Shown here: positions 1-11,839 of the stretch, piece by piece | How the letters are laid out: each line of letters starts with the position of its first letter | Numbering within the stretch: the stretch's first letter is position 1 | NCBI RefSeq assembly: GCF_006345805.1 | Contig: NC_043011.1 | Span: 28,780,464 to 28,844,463, forward strand | Origin: Octopus sinensis | Lineage: Eukaryota | DNA: 64,000 nucleotides | Direction of reading: 5' to 3' | Made by a program: the position numbers and the translations under genes | Notes under the pieces: model-generated | Seen by the model: the letters and a program-made list of their open reading frames with translations, nothing else | Databases searched by the model: none | What the model was told of the DNA's origin: nothing

Positions 1-136
1 AGTCGCCTGGTGTAGACTGTTTCCGTGCCTCCTCTCCTCAGCTATGCTCTTGCCTTGTTTAAAGATACAACACGCCATTCGGCAAGAGAATCAAACCAGC
101 GACCTTAACGATCGTGATCCTAACAACCAAACCACA
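1..136 (-). mobile_element. Degenerate tRNA-derived SINE head, truncated by the window edge
   Basis: Minus strand reads GTGGTTTGGTTGTTAGGATCACGATCGTTAAGGTCGCTGGTTTGATTCTC, with A-box-like and B-box-like motifs. Confidence 0.4.
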
Positions 137-882
137 ATGTCACGCATTTTCAGACACCACAACGAAACAAATATAGCATATATCACTTACTAAGAGCATT
201 GAAATGCTTGGTATTCTATTCCCGGACAGAATTCTTAAATACTGTTATTATTATTGGCTATAAAGACCTCCTTTAGAGCAAAGTTAATTTAATTAAATTA
301 GTACATATTTATTTATTTATTTAAGCATTCAATATTTGCAGTGAGGTTTCATTTTCGCTTCCACACTGCTCTCTTTATCTTCCTTTGTATCTCTGTCCCT
401 CTTTCAAACACTTACTCTCTCAGTCTTTTTTTTTCTTATATTTATTCTCACATTTATGAGTTTATATTATGTCTTAACTGAGACATATCATAAACTATTT
501 ATGTGTATGAAAGAGCGAATGTGCATTATAAAGCGAGCCACGCAATAAGTAATGGATTTCCATCGGTTTTAATGATGAGTATTTAGATGCTTGATCACGT
601 TTTTCAAGTTTATTTCATAATGCTGTTTATGATTTGTTTACATTTTATACATCTGTGTGTGTGAGGGAAAGACCATGTATTTCTGCGTACATGTATAAAT
701 ATATATATATATATATACACAAATGAGCTGAAATGCCTACGTATTTGTGTGTTTCTTGTGTGCTTGCTTTCCAAGTGTCTGATTTACACAGATATGCAGG
801 TACGCACACATGCATATATGTAATAATTCCACACACAAGCTTCTATACGTTCTTTCATACACATAAGTATATGTAAGTCGAG

Positions 883-1131
883 TGTGTATGTATGTATGTA
901 TGTATGTATGTATGTATGTATGTATGTATGTATGTATGTATGTATGTATGTCGATATTCAGTTTATTTCAAGATTTCTTGCCAATAGAGAAAGAACCAGT
1001 TTCTAACTTAGATCTAAGGTTCCCTCATTGGAATTTCAACATCAGCAGCAGGCTATTTTTGTATGTATGTATGTATGTATGTATGTATGTATGTATGTAT
1101 GTATGTATGTATGTATGTATGTATGTATGTA
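883..1131 (+). repeat. (TATG)n microsatellite blocks
   Basis: Direct reading; source of the MYVC/YIHT pseudo-ORFs. Confidence 0.95.
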
Positions 1132-1631
1132 TGGTCGTCGGGTCGTCGGCGACTAAACCGGCAACCCCACCAAGCTTGCTTGGTGAGGAGGGTGTTTATT
1201 GGACACCCTGCGGGATGAAAAACAAAACCCGTCAAAAGGCGGAGAAACTCTTGAGAATCAACGGCCATCTAGTAAATGTCTTAAGGCTGTATCATGCGCG
1301 GGGACATAGAAATAATCGGACTGAATACCCGATCGCGCAGTTAAACCATTGGGAGTGAAGGACTCCTAGCCTTTGTTAGGGCATCCTTCTAGTAGAAGGT
1401 AACTCAGGTAACTGGGATAACTCCGACATAAAACCTGCGGCTCAGTGGTTACCGATGATGTTGGCTTGTTCTTCTTTTCGGATTATGGTTGCTGTTGCTT
1501 AGTGAGTGAGATTGACTCAGTGCACAGCCTTTCCTCACTTTACAAAAATCTTCTTGCACAGGCATTGCACGATAAGAACATTGATTAAGCTTCGTGCAAT
1601 GGCCATACTCGATAACGAGGGGGCGGCCACC
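1132..1631 (+). mobile_element. Short RTE-LINE-derived non-autonomous element inserted in (TATG)n
   Basis: Contains GGGAGTGAAGGACTCC...GGGCATCCTTCTAGTAGAAGGTAACTC...AAACC, resembling RTE 5' UTR motifs; ends GGCCATACTCGATAACGAGGGGGCGGCCACCA directly before (TATG)n; no RT ORF. Confidence 0.55.
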
Positions 1632-2034
1632 ATGTATGTATGTATGTATTTATGTATGTATGTATGTACGTATGTATGTATGTATGTATGTATGTATGTA
1701 TGTATGTATGTATGTATGTATGTATGTATGTATGTATGTATGTATGTATATATGTATGTATGTGCAGATTTGTATGTTTTATGTATGTATTCTCATGCAT
1801 ATAGTTGCATATCTAGACATGCTCATATATATTTAAAAGATAAACTTCTTGAAAGTTTTATAGATTTTTACAGTTCCAGTGATGGATTGGATCTGTAGTT
1901 TTCGAATTAGATTTCCCCTTTCTGGTTTCGGGAAGCCTAATTTCTCAAGATTGGTATTTAGGTAGGATGTTACACATCCCAAGACCCCAATAATGTATGT
2001 ATGCATGTATGTATGTATGTATTTATGTATTATG

Positions 2035-2069
<35 letters not shown>

Positions 2070-2214
2070 ACACATACATATAGTTGTATATGTGTATACG
2101 TGCGTAATTATGATAAACACAAGTATATATAATGTGTACCCTGGAACGGCAGCATTGTGCGTTCCATGTGCAATTGAAAGTTTAACCACAGCAGATCATC
2201 AAGGGAACACTGCT

Positions 2215-2765
2215 GTACTTTATGCTGTAGTCTCGGTTCGACCACAGCCTTGTGAGTGGATTTCGTTGACGGAAACTGAAAGAAGCCCATCGTTTGTACG
2301 TATATTTATATCTATAAAGTTAATCCAAACAAGAAAGCACAAAAAAAGCACAACAACGCGAGGACGTAGAACAAATATAGTATTATTGGACGCTCAGGAA
2401 AGAAGGAAAGAAGGAAGGTTTAGCGTTTCGAGCGGAGCTCTTCGTCGGAAACATAGGAGAAGGAAAGATCCAGAGAAGGGAAGATAGAGGAAAAAAATCG
2501 CTAACGATACACACGAGGCCACATATATCTATACATCAGTGTGTGTGTCTTTGTGTGTGTGTTTGCCCACCCCTCGCTTGACAACGGGTACTAGTGTATT
2601 TTCATACTCGCAACTTATCGGTTCGGTAAAAAAGACCGAGAGAATAAGTACCAGGGTTTTAAAAAATGAGTATTGGGGTCGATGCATTCGACTAAAAACT
2701 GTTCAAGCCGTGCCTCAACATAGCCGCAGTCTAATGACTGGAACAGGTAGAAGGTTAAAACAATA
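2215..2765 (+). mobile_element. SINE family B copy, split by a hammerhead-bearing insert
   Basis: 2215-2300 matches the B middle segment (CGACCACAGCCTTGTGAGTGGATTT...GGAAACTGAAAGAAGCCC); 2540-2765 matches the B tail. Confidence 0.75.
2418..2452 (-). ncRNA. Minimal type I hammerhead ribozyme, degenerate
   Basis: Minus strand GTTT-CCGACGA-A-GAGC-TCC-GCTC-GAAA-CG-CT-AAAC. Stems I and II pair; the core has U4>C and U16.1>C. Confidence 0.65.
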
Positions 2766-2960
2766 TATAAAAGATATGTATGTGTATATGTGTGTGTGTG
2801 TATTTGTGTGTGTGTGTGTGTGTGTGGATGTCTGAAAGGTGGTGAGACATCTCTGTAGTATTTCAGCCTCTTCCATCGAGACACCAGTGCTTCCCGATGT
2901 CAGGGCTCACCCATGATGTAGGTGATAAAATCACGCACAACAGCACAAGCTCCGCTGAAT

Positions 2961-3070
2961 CAGATGTTGCGATTCTGGGCCAGATGTTGCGATTCTGGGC
3001 CAGATGTTGCGATTCTGGACTAGATGTTGCGATTCTGGACCAGATGTTGCGATTCTGGGCCAGATGTTGC
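2961..3070 (+). repeat. 20 bp minisatellite CAGATGTTGCGATTCTGGGC x5.5
   Basis: Units start at 2961, 2981, 3001, 3021, 3041 and 3061 (partial). Confidence 0.95.
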
Positions 3071-3225
3071 TATCACTGTCGATGCTCCATATTGCCGCAC
3101 CACTCGTAACAGTTGTATGATTGATGATGATTGCACTTTAGCCATGGAAACAGCTGTAGAACAAAACAAATGAAAATTTGAAATGTCATTTAGTTGTTCG
3201 TAGTCTATTCATATAGGTGTGGGTA

Positions 3226-3261
<36 letters not shown>

Positions 3262-3300
3262 GTGTGTGTGTGTGTGTGTATATGTATGCATATATATATG

Positions 3301-3378
<78 letters not shown>

Positions 3379-3709
3379 CATACATACGTGAGTAGACAAA
3401 CAAAAGAAAAGGGCATATATATATTTAGTTGGAGCTACACGTTTTGTTTAAAATGTTTGATACGGTTCCATGCGACTTAACAGAAGCCGCCTCTTTCAGG
3501 CTTTGGATTGCCACGGGCATCTGTTAGAAGCCTGCGAAACTTTAAGTGGCATAGAACTGTATCAAACTGCTTAATATATATATATATATATGTATGTATA
3601 TATATAATATATGGGGAGAATTCACGAAAAAAACAAAAATATGTATGTATATATGTTTGTATAAATATATGTATATATACATATATATACATACATAGAG
3701 ATAAATACG

Positions 3710-3711
3710 CA

Positions 3712-3751
<40 letters not shown>

Positions 3752-3752
3752 C

Positions 3753-3848
<96 letters not shown>

Positions 3849-3853
3849 GTCTG

Positions 3854-3920
<67 letters not shown>

Positions 3921-3933
3921 ATCTATCTATCTG

Positions 3934-3965
<32 letters not shown>
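3710..3965 (+). repeat. (TATC)n microsatellite grading into (TC)n and (TA)n
   Basis: Direct reading. Confidence 0.95.
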
Positions 3966-5070
3966 AAATGTGAGACAGAAAGACTGAAATAACTTTAGAT
4001 ATTAGAAAGCCTGATTGTGAAAGAAATACAAAAGCGTAAAAGCATTCCTCTTTATGCTTTTGATAGCCGAAACATTAAATTACCCTCCCTAGTGATAGCA
4101 TAGTTTATGATTATTTATATAGAAGCTGAATATTCTATATCGTTGACTGAAAATGAAACCGAGGAATTGTTCGCAAAATAGAAAATAGTCAATCAGAAAA
4201 TTCCATCTCTTATTTTCGGCACATCAAATGCATAGGGAAAATGTTAGACATATCACACTTGAACTTACTAATTTTCTTTACTATTCATACTACAAACTCA
4301 ATGAAACATTAAACTACATACGTTTCCGCTTCAGAACCTCCCTTGGAACATTATCAACCACCTAGTACCAAATATATTCTGCAAATTATCTAATATTTTT
4401 TTTTGCCAATAAACAAATATTCACAGACGCAGTACTTTACTTCAACGATGTACTATTTAGAAATGGTTGTAGAAGAAATAATCTCTTTTATAGAGAACCA
4501 ACACACAGAACACAAACATGCAGAAATAACAAAAGGAAAAGAAATATTACGTGGTTCACATCGCCATACAGCATTACTATAGCTACTCGTATAGACAAAA
4601 CTTCTAAACTATAATTTACTCTCTACAACATTCGTAGCATAAAAAATTGCTCCGGTCTAGATAATTTAGATAGTGAATAACCGCATGATGCGTTTATACT
4701 GAGTTCTCCTTCTCCAGGTCGTGGCCCAACAACGGTGTACGTATGTGTAAATGTATTACACAAACACATAGACATTCGCCAATCTCACACATAGGCATTT
4801 AAGGGTCTAATTTTGCATTATAAATACACATATTCATCCCTATCAAAATGTGAGAGTGTGCGTGTGGATGTGTGCAAATGTTAACACATGCACAATATGC
4901 ATCTAAAGTTATAATATGGTCAAATCTACATTATAGAGGAAATATTTATGAAATTATGATAAAAGAGAATATTCTATAATGCATATAGTTCATTGATTAA
5001 TTGTTAGAGAAAGGTTTCGTGTGTTGAATGCTATACACCACATATATACCTACATACATAACATATACAT

Positions 5071-5103
<33 letters not shown>

Positions 5104-5128
5104 TATATATACATACACATTATATACA

Positions 5129-5207
<79 letters not shown>

Positions 5208-5245
5208 ATATATCTATATATGTATATATATATGTATAATATATG

Positions 5246-5284
<39 letters not shown>

Positions 5285-5847
5285 CATGCACATTTATGTA
5301 CATACCATATATATATAATATGAATGTATATGTATGTGTATGAATATATGTATGTGTATGTATGTGTATGAATATATACACATACATATATACTTATATG
5401 ACTAACAACACACAAACCTAACTTCTACTCAACTATATCCCCATTCACACTCACACTTACATGCACACAGGCTCGCACACCAATTAGCACACGAGCACAT
5501 ACATAGACATGCAGATAAAATTCTTCCACAAACGTAACTGAATATTATCCAAGAATTCGTGTTTGTAATTGAAACACTAGCATTTTCCGCTTTGAAAATG
5601 TATTTTCATTATCATTCCGCAAGTTATCTATCTGTTCGTAAAGCTTATTAAATTACAAACATTTCAACGCAAAGAAAATCCTTTTCTCCACTTCACAGGA
5701 ATACAGAATAAAATTATACTGATACCTACTTTCTATTAACAGAAGAAAATATTGTAAGAAAGAAAAATATATGGAAGCGACGTAAATAATTGCAATTTAA
5801 TACGTAAAAAAATATATGTAGTTATTATGGAATACCGTTACGTTTGT

Positions 5848-6328
5848 GGAGGCGCAATGGCCCAGTGGTTAGGGCAGTGGACGCGCGGTCGTAGGATCGC
5901 GGTTTCGTATCCTAGACCGGACATTGTAAGTGTTTATTGAGCGAAAACACCTAAAGCTCCACAAGGCTCCGGCAGGGGTGGTGGTGAATCCTGCTGTACT
6001 CTCTCACCACAACTTTCTCTCACTCTTTCTTCACGTTTCTGTTGTACCTGTATTGTGTCATGCTGAATCTCCTCGAGAACTACGTTAAGAGTACACGTGT
6101 CTGTGGAGTGCTCAGCCACTTGCAAGTTAATAAATGAGCTGCGACGTCATTGGTGCCAAGCTGTATCGGCCTTTGCCCTTGGATAACATCGGCGGCGTGG
6201 AGAAGGAAGGCTGATATGCATGGGCGACTGCTGGTCTCCCATAAACAACCTTGCTCAGACTTGTTCCTCGGAGTGTAACTTTCTAAGGTGCAATCTCATG
6301 GTCATTCGGGACCGAAGGACGTCACAAT
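5848..6328 (+). mobile_element. tRNA-derived SINE family C, near full length
   Basis: Head GGAGGCGCAATGGCCCAGTGGTTAGG...GGTTTCGTATCC; body matches other copies at 8165, 15659, 31484 and 63560. Confidence 0.85.
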
Positions 6329-6349
6329 ATATATATGTATATATATATA

Positions 6350-6417
<68 letters not shown>

Positions 6418-6496
6418 GTACACATACCTATATACATATATTCCTATATTTATATGCATATATACACATGCACACACATACACAAACTCATGTTAC

Positions 6497-6659
6497 AAAA
6501 AAGTGAAAGGATACAGTGAACTTGCAGTGAGGAGTGGAATATCCAACGTTTCGGATTCAATCCTTCGTCAGGGGTAGAGAAAGTCAAACAGTTTAATCCT
6601 CTCAGCTTGAAAAACTGGCTGCAACTGTTGCGAGTTCACTGTACCCCTTTCACTTTTTT
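6497..6659. repeat. ~30 bp imperfect terminal inverted repeat enclosing a hammerhead
   Basis: AAAAAAGTGAAAGGATACAGTGAACTTGCA versus the reverse complement of TTGCGAGTTCACTGTACCCCTTTCACTTTTTT. Confidence 0.8.
6540..6576 (-). ncRNA. Minimal type I hammerhead ribozyme, core intact
   Basis: Minus strand TACCC-CTGACGA-A-GGA-TTGAA-TCC-GAAA-CG-TT-GGATA. Palindromic stem III (AACGTT), GUU triplet, stem I 4 of 5 pairs. Confidence 0.7.
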
Positions 6660-6742
6660 CTATATTTTTTCAAGTCTTGCCGACACAGAGCTACTAGATT
6701 ATTGCTTGATTATATTGATTATATACACACACACACACACAC

Positions 6743-6805
<63 letters not shown>

Positions 6806-6835
6806 TATACACACACACCTATATATATATATATA

Positions 6836-6870
<35 letters not shown>

Positions 6871-7439
6871 GCGTATATACATATATACATGCGTATATGT
6901 ACGTTCATATGTTTACTACTATGCCATATTAGCTACTATTATGAGATTTTATTTAAAAGAAGAGATCAGGTCAACGGAGAGTGGAAGAGATTGTGTCTGT
7001 GTGGTTATTCGGTCTTTCAGTTGGAAACTTCAAGATATCTTTTCCAGGGCGAAAAACTTTAGTATTCGATTACCTATAACTAGGCCCCTTATCTAAGAGT
7101 CACTATTCAATCGTATACTTCCATGAAAAAAATGTGAGACACTCTGTGTAATCTAAATGAAATCATTGTAAAATAATTAAGATTTCCTAAGTTGTAAAGA
7201 ATATTAACGTTCGAAACGCTAACTGGAATAACAAGAAAATTGTAGAAAAGCTGCGTAATAGTCATATCAGACGTAGCATGCAGATCATCATATAACTTAT
7301 ATTATTTTTCTCTTTCGTTTTACGTTGACATGCGCATTGCCTTTTCCTTGTTCACTTTCCTTTTATGAATTCGGTATACGCATGCGCATTGTGTTCAAGC
7401 TTCTTTTCCCGGTTCCTATTCAAAAGGATTTATACGTGT

Positions 7440-7841
7440 ACTAGCAGTATCGCCCGGCGTTGCTCGGGTTTGTAAGGGAAATAACTATATAAGCATTTAT
7501 AGAGAGTTATAGTAAAAAATTAGCAAAAAATGCATTAAAAATGGGAAAAAAATGATGGTAAATTTTATTTTTAATCGTTGACTCATCGTAGACATTTTTA
7601 GAGAGTTACTTCCCTTATATAATAGCGAAAAAATGCATTAAAATGGAAAAAAATGATGGTAAATTATTTTAAAAATCGTAGACTCATCGTAGACGCGCGC
7701 TAATACCCAGAAGGGCTCGATATGAATCACAACTATAAGATACCCGGTTTTGGTTAAACTGCACCGCAAAATGTGGGAGTAGTTAGGAATCTAAATCGTA
7801 GGAGACAGACAGCACGCAACCTCACTTTTATATATAAAGAT
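7440..7841 (+). mobile_element. Helentron-associated non-autonomous element (HINE/DINE-like)
   Basis: Begins ACTAGCAGTATCGCCCGGCGTTGCTCGGG, ends CTCACTTTTATATATAAAGAT; inserted between T7439 and T7842 (TT target, no TSD); internal ~115 bp tandem duplication. Confidence 0.7.
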
Positions 7842-7911
7842 TACAACCATCACATGAACGTGCGTTCGTAGGGGCGTTTCGCACTCCGATAGTTGTGAAA
7901 AATTTCAACAG

Positions 7912-8035
7912 AAATCTAAAGCCTTTGGAAGAAAGAATTCAGAAAGAGATGGTGATATCCCTGTATCTCGGGGAAGGAAAACATTTTGATGGAACCGTTT
8001 GCAATTTTGCAAATTTGAACAAAAAATACGAGTTG
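7912..8035 (+). CDS. Candidate exon or ORF relic of unknown product
   Basis: TTTCAACAG acceptor and TTG|GTAAAT donor bracket an open frame NLKPLEERIQKEMVISLYLGEGKHFDGTVCNFANLNKKYEL; no family recognised. Confidence 0.25.
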
Positions 8036-8081
8036 GTAAATTTTTTCACAAATTTGTTTAGTTTTGTATTGTAGAATTTCA

Positions 8082-8159
<78 letters not shown>

Positions 8160-8164
8160 GTTGT

Positions 8165-8604
8165 GTTGTGACCCCCTTCGGTCTGGGCAAGGTTGTTTAT
8201 GAAAGACCAGCAGTCACCCATGCATACCAGCCTTCCCTCTCCACGCCGCCGATGTTATCCAAGGGAAAGGCAAAGGCCGATACAGCTTCACACCAGTGAC
8301 GTCACAGCTCATTTATTAACGTCTAAGTGGCTGAGCACTCCACATACACGTGTACCCTTATCGTAGTTCTCGGGGAGATTCAGTATGACACAGAGTGTGA
8401 CAAGGCTGTCCCTTTGAAATACAGGTACAACAGAAACATGAAAAAAGAGTGAGAGAAAGTTGTTGTGAAAGAGTACAGTGGGGTTCACCACCACCTCCTG
8501 CCGGAGCCTCGTAGAGCTTTAGGTGTTTTCGCTCAATAAACACTTACAATGTCCTGTCTAGGAATCGAAACCGCGATCCTAACCACTGGGTCATTGCGCC
8601 TCCA
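8165..8604 (-). mobile_element. SINE family C
   Basis: Reverse-complement homology to 5848-6328. Confidence 0.85.
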
Positions 8605-8740
8605 TACACACACACACACACACACCACACACACACACACACACACATACATACATACATACGATCTAACCATTAAGATAAGAGACCCCAATATGACAAA
8701 TTCCGTCTAATTATAAGGATAAATTATAGTTTTAAGATCC

Positions 8741-8903
8741 ACAAAGATCAGAACTATTGGTGGTCCAGATCGGATATGCAGTCTATGTGGGTATCTTTTC
8801 AAAACATTGTCTGGCTTAAGACGCCACATCAGATTCCATGATAGTTCTAAGGTGGGTGTAGGTACAGGAGGTGGTCAAACTTGCATAAGGAGTAGACAAC
8901 CAT
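8741..8903 (+). mobile_element. LINE-like 3' end encoding one C2H2 zinc finger
   Basis: 8777-8839 translates CSLCGYLFKTLSGLRRHIRFH (C-x2-C-x3-F-x5-L-x2-H-x3-H); followed by a short tail and (TA)n. Confidence 0.55.
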
Positions 8904-9239
8904 TATATATATATAATTTAATAAATAAAATATATGCATACATACATACATATATGTACGTACCTACATCTATATGTATATATACATGCATATATATATA
9001 TATATCACACACACACACACACACACACACCACACACACAATATATAGATATATATATATATATATATAGATATATAATATATATATATATATAGTGTGT
9101 GTTTGTGTGTTGGTGTGTATATAAGTACGAATGAGTGGATAAACGAAAGAAAGAGGAATTCTGTACATTTAGTAAGAGCGACATGCGAAATTGGTCCCAT
9201 GTGAAACTTAAGTCCTACGGGAGGGAATCAAATTGTTTT

Positions 9240-9240
9240 A

Positions 9241-9293
<53 letters not shown>

Positions 9294-9480
9294 TAATAAT
9301 AATAATCTACAGAAAATAAAGGAGCTCGCAAGCGCAGGGAGGTAGTGAGTACAGCTTAAGGAATCGGGTGAGTATCCCTTCAGAAGATGGAAAACAAATC
9401 GATCAACAAGCTTCGCAGGGAATCGAACCCTGCACCTCTCAAATTCCGGCTGAGTGATCTGACCATTAAGATAAGAGACC
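9240..9480 (-). mobile_element. tRNA-derived SINE family D with (ATT)n tail
   Basis: Minus head GGTCTCTTATCTTAATGGTCAGATCACTCAGCCGGAATTTGAGAGGTGCAGGGTTCGATTCCCTGCG (B-box GGTTCGATTCC); a related head segment recurs near 8663-8735. Confidence 0.6.
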
Positions 9481-10057
9481 CCCGTGATGACAAATTCCGT
9501 CTAATTATAAGGTTAAATTATAATTTTTTCGAATTTTGGAACATTTGGTAAGCAAACTTATAAGCGCCGCTCGTGTCGGTAAGCTCACAAACGCAGATCA
9601 AAATTAATTTGCCATGTAAGAGTGTACAAACCGAAAATTAAGAATTTATCTTTTAGAAATGTTTCATGTAGTCAACATCTAGACATTTGTGCAACTTCAA
9701 AATTCTAGATATTTTTTTGCTTTGAAAAGTAAAAAAAAAAAAAAGAAGAAAATGAAAACTACGAAGACAAAAAAAAAGAAACAAAGAAGTAAAAGAATAT
9801 TTTATACGAATATTAAATTAAAAACTAAACCAGAAATAGTCAACTTCGTCGATACAGATAACTCTATAACACGTGTGACTGAAAAGTTGTACAACGAAAG
9901 TGCTTACACACAATACGAAAACTTTATTTCAAAAATGTTCTTGCTATAATGGTTTTCAAAAAATGTAAATAAAAAATTTAAATAGTTAATAACTTTTAAG
10001 AAAATCTTTCTTTAAAATATTGTAACTGTATCAATTATTTTTTGCAAAAACTTATAC

Positions 10058-10105
<48 letters not shown>

Positions 10106-11039
10106 TGTGTGTGTGTGTGTGTGTGTTGTGTGTGTGTGTGTGTGTATGTGCGCGCATGTATGTATTACACACATATACAATTATGTAAGAAAATCGCTAG
10201 CGAAAGAGAACTTCCTCAGAAATTAAAAGCCTTGGAAACTCTGTTATGGATTTTAAGCAGAATAAAATCTATGGATTGTATTCTAAAACATAGTACATAT
10301 ATTTAAAATACTTCTAAGGTAACTTTGATTTTTTTAAACTATTAAAACTAATGGCAAACATAGCAGTTAAAACGATAGTCAAAATTTGGTTTTTGCGGCG
10401 GCAATAACTATGTTTAGTAGCTTTTAAGGTACTTGGAACTAGTTTTCATGAAGTATGAAGTTTGGAAACAATTGAAATGAAGAGTCAACAGCAGCAGTTA
10501 AAGTTATACATAAGTAGACGGTGTCTAGGCGATAAAAGGAAGAATTAAATTTTGACATTTAAATGGTTAAAAATTGCATTTCGTTTTATAAAGGCTAGAC
10601 AATTACATTTGAGATAAAAACCACTGCAGGGAAATTAGGAAGAGCGCGTGCATATGTGCGTATATGTATGTGTACACATACATAACATACATGCATACGT
10701 ATGTGTGTGAGTGTGTTTGTCTGTGTATGTGTTTGTGGTTGTGCGTGAATGTGTGTGCTTGTCTACCTGTATATATTGTAGCTTTAACAACTGTATTAAA
10801 CTTTTATATATATAATGGCTTTTAAATGGTAGTCCGGTACATTTTAGCTCTTTAAGAACCGAGCAAACAAGTACGCGACCCTTCCCACACCTACAAGTAC
10901 ATAAAGACACAATATCCAGTGCATGCTTAATGCATCATTCACACAAACCCATTAGATAAGAATATTTGAAAAGAATATATATATATTATTTCTTTTATTC
11001 GTTTCAGCCATGCGGCTGCGGCCATGCTGGGGCACCACC

Positions 11040-11570
11040 GTGATTTTGCACCCTTTCTACAGCCTTCTTATTTTGCTGATTTCTTCAAAGTGTGGGGATT
11101 TCATATCACCAGGCTTGCATGTGCCTTTGCCCTGGTTCTTGGCTCATTTGATGTGCCTTCATCTGTACTTCATGCCGGACGTTGGTTCATCTGGTATCGT
11201 GGATAGGAGAATGTTCAGTTCCTTTTTGAAGACATCCATATCCGAGTTCTGAAGGTGTTTTAAAAACTTTGTTGGAGCTGAGCTTTGAAGAGATGTGGGC
11301 TTTTGAACCCTAAACTATTGCAGTATCTGGTCCTCACTTTAGATGGGGTGGATGGTACCTTTGGTACTACACAGCGGCGTCCAGTTCGGACATTTGTATA
11401 ACAGTTAATGCCGAAATTAGGTACAAGCCCTTCCAGAATTTTTCATTTGTGGATTATTACATCTCTCTCGTGTCTTCGCTCCAGGGAGTAAAGTCGTAGC
11501 CTTTTCAGCCTTCCCCTGTAGTTCATCTGCATTGTTACCATATTTTTAGTGTAGTGACGTTGAAGATTGA
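11040..11570 (-). mobile_element. CR1-type LINE ORF2 3' fragment, degenerate
   Basis: Minus translation MNYRGRLKRLRLYSLERRHERDVIIHK*KILEGLVPNFG resembles the CR1/L2-group post-RT LYSLERRR motif; contains stops. Confidence 0.75.
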
Positions 11571-11624
11571 TCGTATTATATATATATTGATATTATAGAT
11601 ATATCTATATATATATATATAATC

Positions 11625-11659
<35 letters not shown>

Positions 11660-11754
11660 AGACACACATGCTGACACACACACGCTGCTATTCAGTATGT
11701 AAGAAGTTCTCTATCCACAAGGAAGTAAATGAGTATGTAGGAATATATGTCAAT

Positions 11755-11839
11755 TGTTGCCCTGAAGGAGATTTTTACCTTTTGAATTCATAATGCAAAA
11801 TATGAATGAAGGTGGGATTAGAAACGTGAGTAGGCAACA
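11755..11839 (+). ncRNA. Type I hammerhead with long stem II, degenerate
   Basis: TGTTGCC-CTGAAGG-[52 nt hairpin with ACCTT/AAGGT and ATTCATA/TATGAAT]-GAAA-CGTGAG-TA-GGCAACA. Perfect 7 bp stem I; A9>G and a stem III mismatch. Confidence 0.6.

Noticed and set aside
2961-3070. Regular short repeats as a CRISPR array
   Set aside because: Head-to-tail units with no unique spacers, no cas genes and a eukaryotic context.
5848-5925. tRNA-like heads here and at 9410-9480, 15860-15933, 31484-31550
   Set aside because: They lack a complete cloverleaf and acceptor stem and continue into SINE bodies, so they were not called tRNA genes.
9830-9949. Protein-like tail of ORF 9689-9949
   Set aside because: The N-terminal part is a poly-A artefact; no convincing splice sites or motif.
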